DNA of 10,713 nucleotides. Origin: Lachnospiraceae bacterium (GTDB taxonomy: Bacteria > Bacillota > Clostridia > Lachnospirales > Lachnospiraceae). The position numbers and the translations under genes were made by a program. Location of the stretch: assembly GCA_017550425.1 (NCBI GenBank), contig JAFZPG010000052.1:1-10713 (forward strand), read 5' to 3'. Below are positions 1 through 7,395 of the stretch, piece by piece. How positions within the stretch are numbered: position 1 is the stretch's first letter; every line of letters begins with the position of its first letter. The notes under the pieces were generated by a model, which saw only the letters and a program-made list of their open reading frames with translations, made no database searches and was not told where the DNA came from.

Positions 1-615
1 GAGGTCACCCTTTCTGTGCGGGCCGTCGAGGATCATCTGGTCACCTGTGTAAGCGTGAACAGTTGTCATGATACCGCTCTGGATAGCAGCGTAATCATTG
101 AGAGCCTTTGTCATCGGAGCCAGGCAGTTTGTTGTGCAGGAAGCAGCGGAGATGATTGTATCTTCAGCTGTCAGAGTTGTGTGGTTAACGTTGAAAACGA
201 TTGTCGGGAGGTCATTGCCGGCCGGAGCAGAAATAACAACCTTCTTAGCACCAGCTGTGATATGAGCCTGGTACTTCTCCTTGGATGTATAGAAACCTGT
301 GCACTCGAGAACTACGTCAACACCGAGCTCACCCCACGGGCAATTTACAGCGTCCTTCTCAGCGTAGATCTTCAGAGTCTTACCATCTACTGTGATTGTG
401 TTTGCTTCGTCGTCAGCAGATACGGTGTGCTTGTTCTCACCGATAGCTCCGCAGTAACCGCCCTGAGCTGTATCGTACTTCAGAAGATGAGCCAGCATGG
501 AAGGCTTTGTCAGATCGTTGATAGCAACAATCTCATAACCCTCTGCGCCAAACATCTGACGGAAAGCAAGACGGCCGATACGACCAAAACCATTGATTGC
601 AACTTTAACTGCCAT
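1..615 (-). CDS. gap: Glyceraldehyde-3-phosphate dehydrogenase, type I. N-terminal ~205 codons are present; the 3' end continues past the left edge of the window.
   Basis: The reverse complement of 574-615 reads ATGGCAGTTAAAGTTGCAATCAATGGTTTTGGTCGTATCGGC, i.e. [15 protein letters not shown], the classic GAPDH NAD-binding N-terminus. Further in, the reverse complement of ~120-150 gives [13 protein letters not shown], the catalytic-cysteine motif. The frame stays open to position 1, so there is no stop in the window and the ORF track misses it. On the minus strand an AGGAGG RBS (plus-strand cctcct, 624-629) sits 8 nt upstream of the ATG. The plus-strand ORF 16-750 in the track is the antisense mirror frame. 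Confidence 0.9.
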   Translation of the reverse strand, partial: MAVKVAINGFGRIGRLAFRQMFGAEGYEIVAINDLTKPSMLAHLLKYDTAQGGYCGAIGENKHTVSADDEANTITVDGKTLKIYAEKDAVNCPWGELGVDVVLECTGFYTSKEKYQAHITAGAKKVVISAPAGNDLPTIVFNVNHTTLTAEDTIISAASCTTNCLAPMTKALNDYAAIQSGIMTTVHAYTGDQMILDGPHRKGDL

Positions 616-857
616 GTTAAAATCCTCCTATATTTTCCCCTTTTGGGGATTATTAATGAATTTGTGCACAAGAATCGCACCGTTAAAATTCTACAACAGA
701 ATCCCTTTTATTACAATCAAATTTCAGCCCGAAAACGCGAAAAACGATGAATAATTAACAATTTCGTACATTTGCACCAACAAATGATTTTCATTCACAA
801 ATCGCAGGCGCCACCTCGCGAAGCGAACTGTCTGAGTCTCGAAAAGCATTCTTTTTC

Positions 858-2246
858 TTACTCGTCGCGCGTGATGTTCTTGACCCACTTGTATTTTTTG
901 TAATGTATGTACACGGCGGGGATCTTGACGAATTCGTCGAGCGTGAGGATCGCCGCTACCGCGATGACCGGGAGATTCCAGACGAATGCAGCAAGTGCAC
1001 CGAGCGGCACGACCACACACCACAGCGTGATGCAGTCACAGATCATGCCGAACTTCGTATCACCGCCGGCGGGAAAGATGCCGCCGATGACCGTCGAATT
1101 CAAGGAATTTCCGACAATGTAGTAGGTCCCGAGGAACAGCATCCACTTCAGATACCCGTGCGCCACATCCGACATATCCGTCGGCATCATCAGCACGAGA
1201 GGTATCAGGGCAAGGATCACCAGGCCCGATACCACACCGATGGCAAGCGAGAGCCGCACGAAACGTCCGCCGGTCTTCTTCGCCATATCGAGCTTCCCCG
1301 CCCCGAGCATTTTCCCGATGATAATGCTGGCACCGGTAGCCAGCGCCCAGCAGACACTGGCGATCAGGGAACGGACGATACTGGCGATCGAGTTGGCCGC
1401 CGTCGCATCAGATCCCAGGTGACCCATAATGACGGAATACATAGTCATACCGCCGCCCCAGCCGAACTGGTTGATCATGACCGGCAGCGAATACTTCCAG
1501 AAATCCTTGTGGATGAACTTCTTTCCCTGAGTGATGAGTTTTCGGACGCGAAGTTTGACACAGTCCGTACTCAACACGCCGTACGCCACAAGAGCGAGTT
1601 CCAGAATACGGGACAGGACCGTGGCCAGCGCCGCGCCTTCGATACCCATCTTGGGAAAAGGACCGGCTCCGAAGATCAAAAGCCCGTTCAGGATGATATT
1701 GACAATTACGCCGATCGAAGAGATCACGGTACTCATCATGGTCTTTTCACAGATCTTCATGAAGCACAGATACGAATCGACAAATCCCATAATGACGTAT
1801 CCGACGGCCACCATGCGCAGGTATTTCACGCCGCCCGCAATGAGCTCCGGGTCATTGGTGAAAGCACGCATCAGATACTGCGGGCAGACCAAAGAGGCGA
1901 TCGTAAACGCCATACCGACCAGCAATGTATACCGCATGGTCACGCCCAGAACATCTTCGAGTGTCGTATATTCCTTCTTGCCCCAGTACTGGGCGCCCAG
2001 CACCATCGCGCCGGTCAGGAAGGTGTTGATGAAAAGATAGTATACAAAAGCCACCTGTCCCGCGAGTGATACGGAGGACAGGGCCGTCTGGTCGAGAAAT
2101 CCGAGCATGAATGCATCGGATGCGGTGACCAGCGCCGCCATGAAGTACTGGAACACAATAGGAAGGACCAGTACGCAAAGATACTTATAGAATGCCTTCC
2201 GGTTCGAAATGTCCGGAAATGCATTTTCGTTTTTTACGGATTCCAT
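858..2246 (-). CDS. MATE (multidrug and toxic compound extrusion) family efflux transporter, NorM/DinF-like, about 12 TM helices.
   Basis: The 473-aa ORF 858-2279 is hydrophobic throughout, with MATE-like motifs (PIVFQYFM...SDAFMLGFLDQTALSSVSLAGQ, GAALATVLSRILELALV) and a size typical of MATE proteins (~460 aa). I prefer the internal ATG at 2244-2246 (MESVKNE...) as the start because AAGAGGAAAT lies immediately upstream. The first ATG at 2279 has only a weak GGTAAG-like RBS. Confidence 0.85.
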   Translation of the reverse strand: MESVKNENAFPDISNRKAFYKYLCVLVLPIVFQYFMAALVTASDAFMLGFLDQTALSSVSLAGQVAFVYYLFINTFLTGAMVLGAQYWGKKEYTTLEDVLGVTMRYTLLVGMAFTIASLVCPQYLMRAFTNDPELIAGGVKYLRMVAVGYVIMGFVDSYLCFMKICEKTMMSTVISSIGVIVNIILNGLLIFGAGPFPKMGIEGAALATVLSRILELALVAYGVLSTDCVKLRVRKLITQGKKFIHKDFWKYSLPVMINQFGWGGGMTMYSVIMGHLGSDATAANSIASIVRSLIASVCWALATGASIIIGKMLGAGKLDMAKKTGGRFVRLSLAIGVVSGLVILALIPLVLMMPTDMSDVAHGYLKWMLFLGTYYIVGNSLNSTVIGGIFPAGGDTKFGMICDCITLWCVVVPLGALAAFVWNLPVIAVAAILTLDEFVKIPAVYIHYKKYKWVKNITRDE

Positions 2247-2366
2247 ATTTCCTCTTTCTTTTTTGCGGCGCGCGAACATACGCTTACCGCGCGAAAAATA
2301 CTCTCTGCTTCTTTGTCTGTTGCGCGAAAAGCACTCTCCACTTCTACGGCCTGCGCCCGCGCATAT

Positions 2367-3008
2367 TCAGAGCTTAAACACGACCTCGGTGTCCGGCGAA
2401 GTTTTCTTCACTTCCGCGGCAAAGGCAGCACCGCAGCTCTTATCACCTACCGGGTCACCATAGTGCGTGGGGATCACATACTGCGGTTTCAGCAAGCCCG
2501 TGAATTCCGCCGCTTCCTTCGGATCCATGGTATAGGTGCCGCCACAGGGGACAAGCAGCACGTCGCACTTAACGGCTTTGCCTTCCTCTGTAATGTCCAT
2601 ATCGCCGCAGATATAGTAACGCAGTCCGTCCACGGTCACCACATATCCGACCCAGCCGTTGGCCTTCGGATGGAATGGCTTGCCCGGATTATAGGATGCC
2701 ACCACTTCTACCGGTATCCCGAGGACCTCCGTCTTATCGCCCGGAGCGACGGTTACGATCCGCTCGTCGGCAATGCCGAATGTTTTTCTGATCAATGCCG
2801 CCGTAGATGCCGGCGCAACGAAGAACGTATCCGCCTTCAAGACTTTGGCAATATCGTCGGGAGAGAAATGATCGTAGTGATCATGTGTCACGAAAACGAT
2901 ATCGGCATCCGAAGTCTTCTCCTCGATACGGAAAGGATCAAAATACAGTGCTTTTACATTATGAATAGCAATACTGCTATGAAGATTGATCGTGACCTGG
3001 TCGAGCAT
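2367..3008 (-). CDS. MBL-fold metallo-hydrolase (small beta-lactamase-superfamily hydrolase, 213 aa).
   Basis: It carries the HxHxDH zinc-binding signature (VTHDHYDH), with downstream His and Asp residues spaced as in metallo-beta-lactamase-fold proteins. The ATG at 3006-3008 is preceded by GAGGGAAAAGAA (GAGG RBS, 8-nt spacer). The substrate cannot be inferred from the sequence. Confidence 0.8.
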   Translation of the reverse strand: MLDQVTINLHSSIAIHNVKALYFDPFRIEEKTSDADIVFVTHDHYDHFSPDDIAKVLKADTFFVAPASTAALIRKTFGIADERIVTVAPGDKTEVLGIPVEVVASYNPGKPFHPKANGWVGYVVTVDGLRYYICGDMDITEEGKAVKCDVLLVPCGGTYTMDPKEAAEFTGLLKPQYVIPTHYGDPVGDKSCGAAFAAEVKKTSPDTEVVFKL

Positions 3009-3124
3009 TTCTTTTCCCTCGCTTTATATCTTTTTTACAGTTTGATTATATCATGCACTTTCGTTTTGTCTCGTGTTATTCTTATACTATAGGTAAATAG
3101 ATTTTACGATAGGAGGTTTATCAC

Positions 3125-3841
3125 ATGGATTCATTAAGAAAGTATTTTGCTGAAATGATCGGTACATTCGTACTGGTATTCTTCGGTTGCGGCACAGCGG
3201 TAGTGACCGGATGCTCCACGCAGAACCTGGGCGGGTACATCCTGACTGCACTTGCTTTTGGTCTGGTTATCGTTGCGATGGCTTACTCCATTGGTAATGT
3301 TTCGGGCTGCCACATCAACCCTGCGGTTTCTCTGGCCATGTTCATCAATGGAAAGATGTCCCTCCAGGACATGCTCTTCTATATGTGCTCCCAGATCGTA
3401 GGTGCAACAGGTGCAGCACTTCTTTTAAGTGCATTTGTCGGCGTATCCAGCGGCCTCGGTGCCAATGGACTTTATGAGGATAATGTTGCGAAGTCTCTGG
3501 GAATCGAGATCATCCTGACCTTCGTATTCGTCATCACCATTCTGGGTGTGACTTCCAAGATCGAGAACAGCAATGTGGCCGGACTGGTCATCGGTCTGTC
3601 TCTGACACTGGTTCACATTCTCGGTATCGCCTTCACCGGCACATCCGTTAACCCGGCAAGAAGCATCGGCCCGGCACTCTTTGCTGAGGGCGACGCCATC
3701 AACTGCGTATGGGTATTCATCGTGGGACCGCTGTTCGGTGCTGCTTTTGCGGCGATCGTTTACAAGTTCCTGGATCCGGCAAAGAAGGACGAACCGGCAA
3801 AGAAAGAAGAGCCGGCAAAGAAAGAGGAAGCTGCGAACTGA
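3125..3841 (+). CDS. aqpZ: Aquaporin / MIP-family channel, AqpZ-like, with an unusual charged C-terminal (PAKK[DE]E)x3 tail.
   Basis: Both NPA boxes are present (SGCHINPAVS and SVNPARS), and there are six hydrophobic segments. The N-terminal MIGTFVLVFFGCGTAV resembles AqpZ/GlpF. The NPARS second box favours the water-channel (AqpZ) subtype, but the symbol is tentative. AGGAGG at 3111-3116 sits 8 nt before the ATG at 3125. The stop TGA is at 3839-3841. Confidence 0.88.
   Translation: MDSLRKYFAEMIGTFVLVFFGCGTAVVTGCSTQNLGGYILTALAFGLVIVAMAYSIGNVSGCHINPAVSLAMFINGKMSLQDMLFYMCSQIVGATGAALLLSAFVGVSSGLGANGLYEDNVAKSLGIEIILTFVFVITILGVTSKIENSNVAGLVIGLSLTLVHILGIAFTGTSVNPARSIGPALFAEGDAINCVWVFIVGPLFGAAFAAIVYKFLDPAKKDEPAKKEEPAKKEEAAN
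3777..3830 (+). repeat. Three in-frame tandem 18-bp repeats (CCGGCAAAGAARGANGAR) encoding PAKKDE-PAKKEE-PAKKEE at the aquaporin C-terminus.
   Basis: Read directly: ccggcaaagaaggacgaa (3777-3794), ccggcaaagaaagaagag (3795-3812), ccggcaaagaaagaggaa (3813-3830). Confidence 0.8.
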
Positions 3842-3867
3842 TCCTCAATCATTGATCCGAAATCACG

Positions 3868-3930
3868 AACCGCCCCGGTTTTGCGTTTCACAAGCACGCG
3901 AGAGCCGGGGCGGTTTTAGTTTTCTTTTAT
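3868..3930 (+). terminator. Rho-independent terminator downstream of the aquaporin gene.
   Basis: A perfect 11-bp inverted repeat, aaccgccccgg (3868-3878) with ccggggcggtt (3905-3915), encloses a 26-nt loop that has its own small inner stem (gcgt/acgc). It is followed by ttttagttttcttttatt. Confidence 0.6.
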
Positions 3931-3931
3931 T

Positions 3932-3967
3932 GCGCTGCGGTGTTGTATGCCGGGGCGCTTTTTTATT
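3932..3967 (+). terminator. Second, weaker tandem hairpin plus T-run. It overlaps the stop codon of the convergent minus-strand gene.
   Basis: gcgctgcgg (3932-3940) pairs imperfectly (7 of 9) with ccggggcgc (3950-3958), followed by ttttttatt (3959-3967). The minus-strand TAA of the GGDEF-EAL gene is at 3963-3965. On the minus strand the hairpin is preceded by A-runs rather than followed by a U-run, so it is not a good minus-strand terminator. Confidence 0.35.
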
Positions 3968-6080
3968 CGGTGACGACGATGATTCCGTCGCGGCCTGTCT
4001 TTCGCGGCTCCTGCTCGTTCTTTCTCTTAAAGAACGCAAGCGCCGTGGCTCCGTCCATCGGACGCGCATAGTAGAATCCCTGCACGTGATCCGGGCGGCA
4101 GGACTCGATCCAATCCGCCTGTGCGGAGGACTCGGCACCCACCACGATGGATCGGATCTCCATCTTGCGGAGCACATCGATCGTATTTTCAAAGAGGATC
4201 CGGCTTCTCGGCGAGGTCTCTACCTGTTCGATCACGCTTCGGTCGAGTTTGACTACGGAGACCGGAAGGATCGACAGTTTCTCGAAGTCCCCGTTTCCGA
4301 GTCCGACATTATCGATGGCAAATCCGTACCCCAGCATTGCCATGAAGCTGAAATTCTGAAGCATCAGTACCAGCGATGTCATGAGCGCCGCCTCCGAGAT
4401 CTCGAATACGATGCGGCTTCTGGAGACGCCGTATTCCTCGAGGATCGCATTTACCTTCGACGGGAAAGCCGAGCCGGCCATTTCCGTTGCCGAGATGTTC
4501 ACGCTGACGAAATCGGGAACGACGCCCTCTTTCTCGGCCTGCTTGATCCACTCGCAGGTCTTCCTGAGTACGAATTCATCGATCTGTGCCACCAGTCCCC
4601 GTTTCTCGGCGATCGGGATGAATTCCGATGGTGAGATGTCGCCGTAATCGGGATGGGAGAATCGAACCAGAGCCTCGGCGTGCGAATAGCGGCCGGTGGA
4701 GGTGGAGAAGATCGGCTGGAACCGGACATCCAAAGCATCCTGAGCCAGTGCTTTTTCCAAAGAATTCTCGAGGATCACATTACGCTCGATCCGCGCCAGT
4801 TCCCGCTCGCTGATGGTCACCACGTCGCCCTTCGGGACGGACGGGAGAATCATCTCGATGACCTTGTAGAGGTCTTTTCCCGATCCAAAAGAACCGGTAT
4901 CCGGAATTTCTGCGACGGTGAGCATGAGGCTGAGTTCCAGTCCGCGGATCATCCAGGAATTTTCGAACCGTTTCTGCAGGAAGGCCAGGATCGTTTCCTG
5001 GGTGCGAAGGCTGGTGCTGACGATGGCAAACTGGTTACTCATGAGGCGGAAAGCCCATGCCGGCGGAAGATTCCGCTCGAGTTTTCTCGCATCGCCTGCT
5101 TCTGATCTTCGCGACGCTTCCGTATCGGTTTTGCAGTCATCGCCGGATTCATGCTTATGCGGATCGGAGATCTCATCCGCTTCGGATCGTCTTGCCCGGC
5201 TCCTCTCGCGAAGGTCGGGCGAGAAGTAAGAAAGAAGGTCCGCGACATTCTGAAGCGTTAAGCTTCCGATCGTGTATCCGAAGATGGAGTTGATGCGGCG
5301 GATGTTCTCGGCTTTTAGGACCAGGACATAGTACTTGGCTTCTCTTGAAATGAGTTCGTCGATATACATCATCATGGCGTCAAGATTGAGAAGTCCGGTC
5401 ATATGATCGATCATTGTTTCCGGCTTCGGAAGAAGCAGGTAGGCTACCACCATGCACGCGGCGACGGCCACCGAAGATACATTCTTGTCGGGCATACTGA
5501 TCTCGAGGACCGAACCGGCGCTCAGAAGGATGGCAAATGCCGCGATGGCGACAAACTGGACCGAAGTGAGTTTTTTACGTTTTATCACTGCGTAGACCAC
5601 GCAGACAAGTGAGGCGATCGTGGACACTGCGCATACTGAATGGTAAAGGATCCCGCAGTAGTAAACACCGTCCTTTAGGAAGAACACATGCCCGGTCAGC
5701 GGGGTGCAGAGAATAATGCCCACGGTGATGACCGAGGGGATCATCATGATGGCGATCTCCCAGAAGTTGCGCATCTTCAGGCTTTGCGTTGCGGATAGGG
5801 TGTGAAGGATCATCATCGTCGGCATCGACAGCCGTAAAAGCATGTAGATCACTAAAACGATGGAACCGAGTCCGTTGGGTACCGCCGAAGCATGCCGGAC
5901 TACCATGACGGCGAATACTTCGAATATGGCATCTGCACAGGCCAGAAGGATCGCTGCAGTAAACATCCGGTTACGAAGGACCGGGAGCTGGCGTTTGCTG
6001 AAGAAATGCAGAAGAAGCAGCAACAGGAAAAGAAGCGCGCAGATCGGATACGCATATGCATAAGATATGGCTTCGTTCAT
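3963..6080 (-). CDS. Membrane-anchored c-di-GMP signalling protein with an N-terminal polytopic TM domain (~6-7 helices), a degenerate GGDEF domain carrying a charged insertion, and a C-terminal EAL domain.
   Basis: The 705-aa ORF starts at the ATG at 6078-6080, preceded by GAGGAGGTG (plus-strand cctcct, 6088-6093) with a 7-nt spacer. Residues ~1-215 are strongly hydrophobic. The middle region begins like a GGDEF domain (DHMTGLLN...) but has MSNQF in place of GGDEF (AFRLMSNQFAIV). The C-terminus is a clear EAL domain (FQPIF...HAEALVRF...VNIS...FEISE...AIDNVGLG...KLDRS...VVGAESS...QGFYYARP). Confidence 0.85.
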   Translation of the reverse strand: MNEAISYAYAYPICALLFLLLLLLHFFSKRQLPVLRNRMFTAAILLACADAIFEVFAVMVVRHASAVPNGLGSIVLVIYMLLRLSMPTMMILHTLSATQSLKMRNFWEIAIMMIPSVITVGIILCTPLTGHVFFLKDGVYYCGILYHSVCAVSTIASLVCVVYAVIKRKKLTSVQFVAIAAFAILLSAGSVLEISMPDKNVSSVAVAACMVVAYLLLPKPETMIDHMTGLLNLDAMMMYIDELISREAKYYVLVLKAENIRRINSIFGYTIGSLTLQNVADLLSYFSPDLRERSRARRSEADEISDPHKHESGDDCKTDTEASRRSEAGDARKLERNLPPAWAFRLMSNQFAIVSTSLRTQETILAFLQKRFENSWMIRGLELSLMLTVAEIPDTGSFGSGKDLYKVIEMILPSVPKGDVVTISERELARIERNVILENSLEKALAQDALDVRFQPIFSTSTGRYSHAEALVRFSHPDYGDISPSEFIPIAEKRGLVAQIDEFVLRKTCEWIKQAEKEGVVPDFVSVNISATEMAGSAFPSKVNAILEEYGVSRSRIVFEISEAALMTSLVLMLQNFSFMAMLGYGFAIDNVGLGNGDFEKLSILPVSVVKLDRSVIEQVETSPRSRILFENTIDVLRKMEIRSIVVGAESSAQADWIESCRPDHVQGFYYARPMDGATALAFFKRKNEQEPRKTGRDGIIVVTE

Positions 6081-6222
6081 GCGATCACCTCCTCTGTTTC
6101 TTCACCTGTATTTTAACTGATACGGGAGCATTTTTCTATTCCCCCGCGCCTTCTTATTTCGATTATCTCCGCCTCCGCACTTTAAATGCCACGTCAGGAA
6201 GAAGCGTGGTAAAATAAGAAAG

Positions 6223-7395
6223 GTGGCTCTTCCGAAAGAACGCCGTTCTTCTTCGAACCACTACTTACAGGTACATGGAGGCCGCATTTTGAGCACGATT
6301 CTGAATTATTGCGAAAACGAGAAACGCACTTTCGATGAGTTTCCATTTAATCCCATCGACGCGCTCGTGTTCGCCGAAGCGACGTATTTTCAGTGGGAAT
6401 ATCTCCTTCACAACATCTGGACACCGGAATGGCCTTACAACCTTTCCGAGTCCATGTTCTTCCATGAGATGCCCAAGGCTTCGGAGATGCCGCTGTTCGG
6501 TCAATACGCGGCCGACACCCCCAACAACCTGAAGATGATCGATATCCTTCGTGAAAGTCCCCGCTATATGAATGTATCCATCTCGCATCTTTGTGCGCGG
6601 ACCAATGATAGAGAGCAGATCCAGTTCGCGGCCATGTGCTTCCATATCTCCGACGACATCTGTTTCGTCGCGTTCCGCGGGACCGACGGTACCCTGATCG
6701 GCTGGAAAGAAGACTTCCAGCTCTCCTATCAGTACCCGGTTCCTGCGCAGGAAGAATCCGCACGCTACCTCAATTATCTGTCCCGCGAGCTGGCTCCGCA
6801 GACGAAATTCTACATCGGCGGCCATTCCAAGGGCGGCAACCTTTCGATCTATTCCGCAACCTCCTGCGCCAACATCATCAAGTCCAGGATCCTCGGAGTT
6901 TTCTCTTTCGACGGGCCGGGCTTCTCGTTTAATCTGCACGAAACTGAGGAATATAAAAAGATCGCACCGGTCGTGCACCATCTGGTTCCGTCATCTTCCT
7001 TCGTGGGGATGCTTCTTCAAAGCGCCCCGGGGACGAAATATATCGAAAACAAAGCGCTCTGGCTCATGCAGCACAGTCCTTTTACATGGGAAGTGGGCGA
7101 CGACGATTTCAAGTACGATCCTGCCGGTTGGGACAAGAACGCGCAGGTACGGATCGGGGCCGTCAACAGCTGGCTCAAGGATCAGTCGTTCGAAGATCGC
7201 GAGGAATTTACGGAGATGCTGTACCACATCGCCACCAGTTCCGGTGCGAGCAATATCTTCCGGCCGGACTCCAGCTGGTCGGTGAAAATGTCCCACATTA
7301 TCGATGCCACTAAGGCCGTGGATGCGAAGTCACGAGCCAAACTGGTGGAGACTATGCGTCTTCTCGTTCTGCTGTCGTTTCGGCAGAGACGTTAG
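6223..7395 (+). CDS. DUF2974 / Mbeg1-like alpha/beta hydrolase (lipase class-3-like; GHSKG nucleophile elbow). The true start is probably the TTG at 6289.
   Basis: The track ORF begins at GTG 6223, which has no convincing RBS. A TTG at 6289-6291, in the same frame, lies 7 nt after GGAGG (6277-6281). The protein (~368-390 aa) contains FRGTDGTLIGWKEDF and YIGGHSKGGNLSIYSA, the Gly-X-Ser-X-Gly serine-hydrolase motif in a context typical of DUF2974/Mbeg1-like proteins of Firmicutes. The stop TAG is at 7393-7395. Confidence 0.75.
   Translation: MALPKERRSSSNHYLQVHGGRILSTILNYCENEKRTFDEFPFNPIDALVFAEATYFQWEYLLHNIWTPEWPYNLSESMFFHEMPKASEMPLFGQYAADTPNNLKMIDILRESPRYMNVSISHLCARTNDREQIQFAAMCFHISDDICFVAFRGTDGTLIGWKEDFQLSYQYPVPAQEESARYLNYLSRELAPQTKFYIGGHSKGGNLSIYSATSCANIIKSRILGVFSFDGPGFSFNLHETEEYKKIAPVVHHLVPSSSFVGMLLQSAPGTKYIENKALWLMQHSPFTWEVGDDDFKYDPAGWDKNAQVRIGAVNSWLKDQSFEDREEFTEMLYHIATSSGASNIFRPDSSWSVKMSHIIDATKAVDAKSRAKLVETMRLLVLLSFRQRR

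Noticed and set aside
664-673. TTGTGCACAA palindrome as a CcpA cre or Rex box
   Set aside because: It is only 10 bp and does not match the 14-bp cre (TGWAANCGNTNWCA) or the 18-bp Rex (TTGTGAAnnnnTTCACAA) consensus. It is kept only as a low-interest note.
16-750. 244-aa plus-strand ORF at the left edge
   Set aside because: It is the mirror frame of the unmistakable gap gene on the minus strand ([15 protein letters not shown]…SCTTNCLAP). The translation is Cys/Ser/Val-rich nonsense and there is no RBS.
903-2069. 388-aa plus-strand ORF (and smaller ones at 907-1122, 1240-1422, 1531-2040) inside the MATE gene
   Set aside because: These are antisense to a well-supported 12-TM MATE transporter. 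The translation is His/Arg/Asp-rich low-complexity sequence typical of mirror frames in GC3-rich genes.
3681-4634. 317-aa plus-strand ORF spanning the aquaporin 3' end, both terminators and part of the EAL gene antisense
   Set aside because: It crosses two intrinsic terminators and overlaps two confidently called genes in other frames and strands. The translation is Arg-rich low-complexity.
6265-6981. 238-aa minus-strand ORF, plus 7304-8119 on the plus strand (271 aa)
   Set aside because: They are antisense to the Mbeg1-like hydrolase and the YwaF-like membrane protein respectively. They have no RBS and their composition is Arg-rich.
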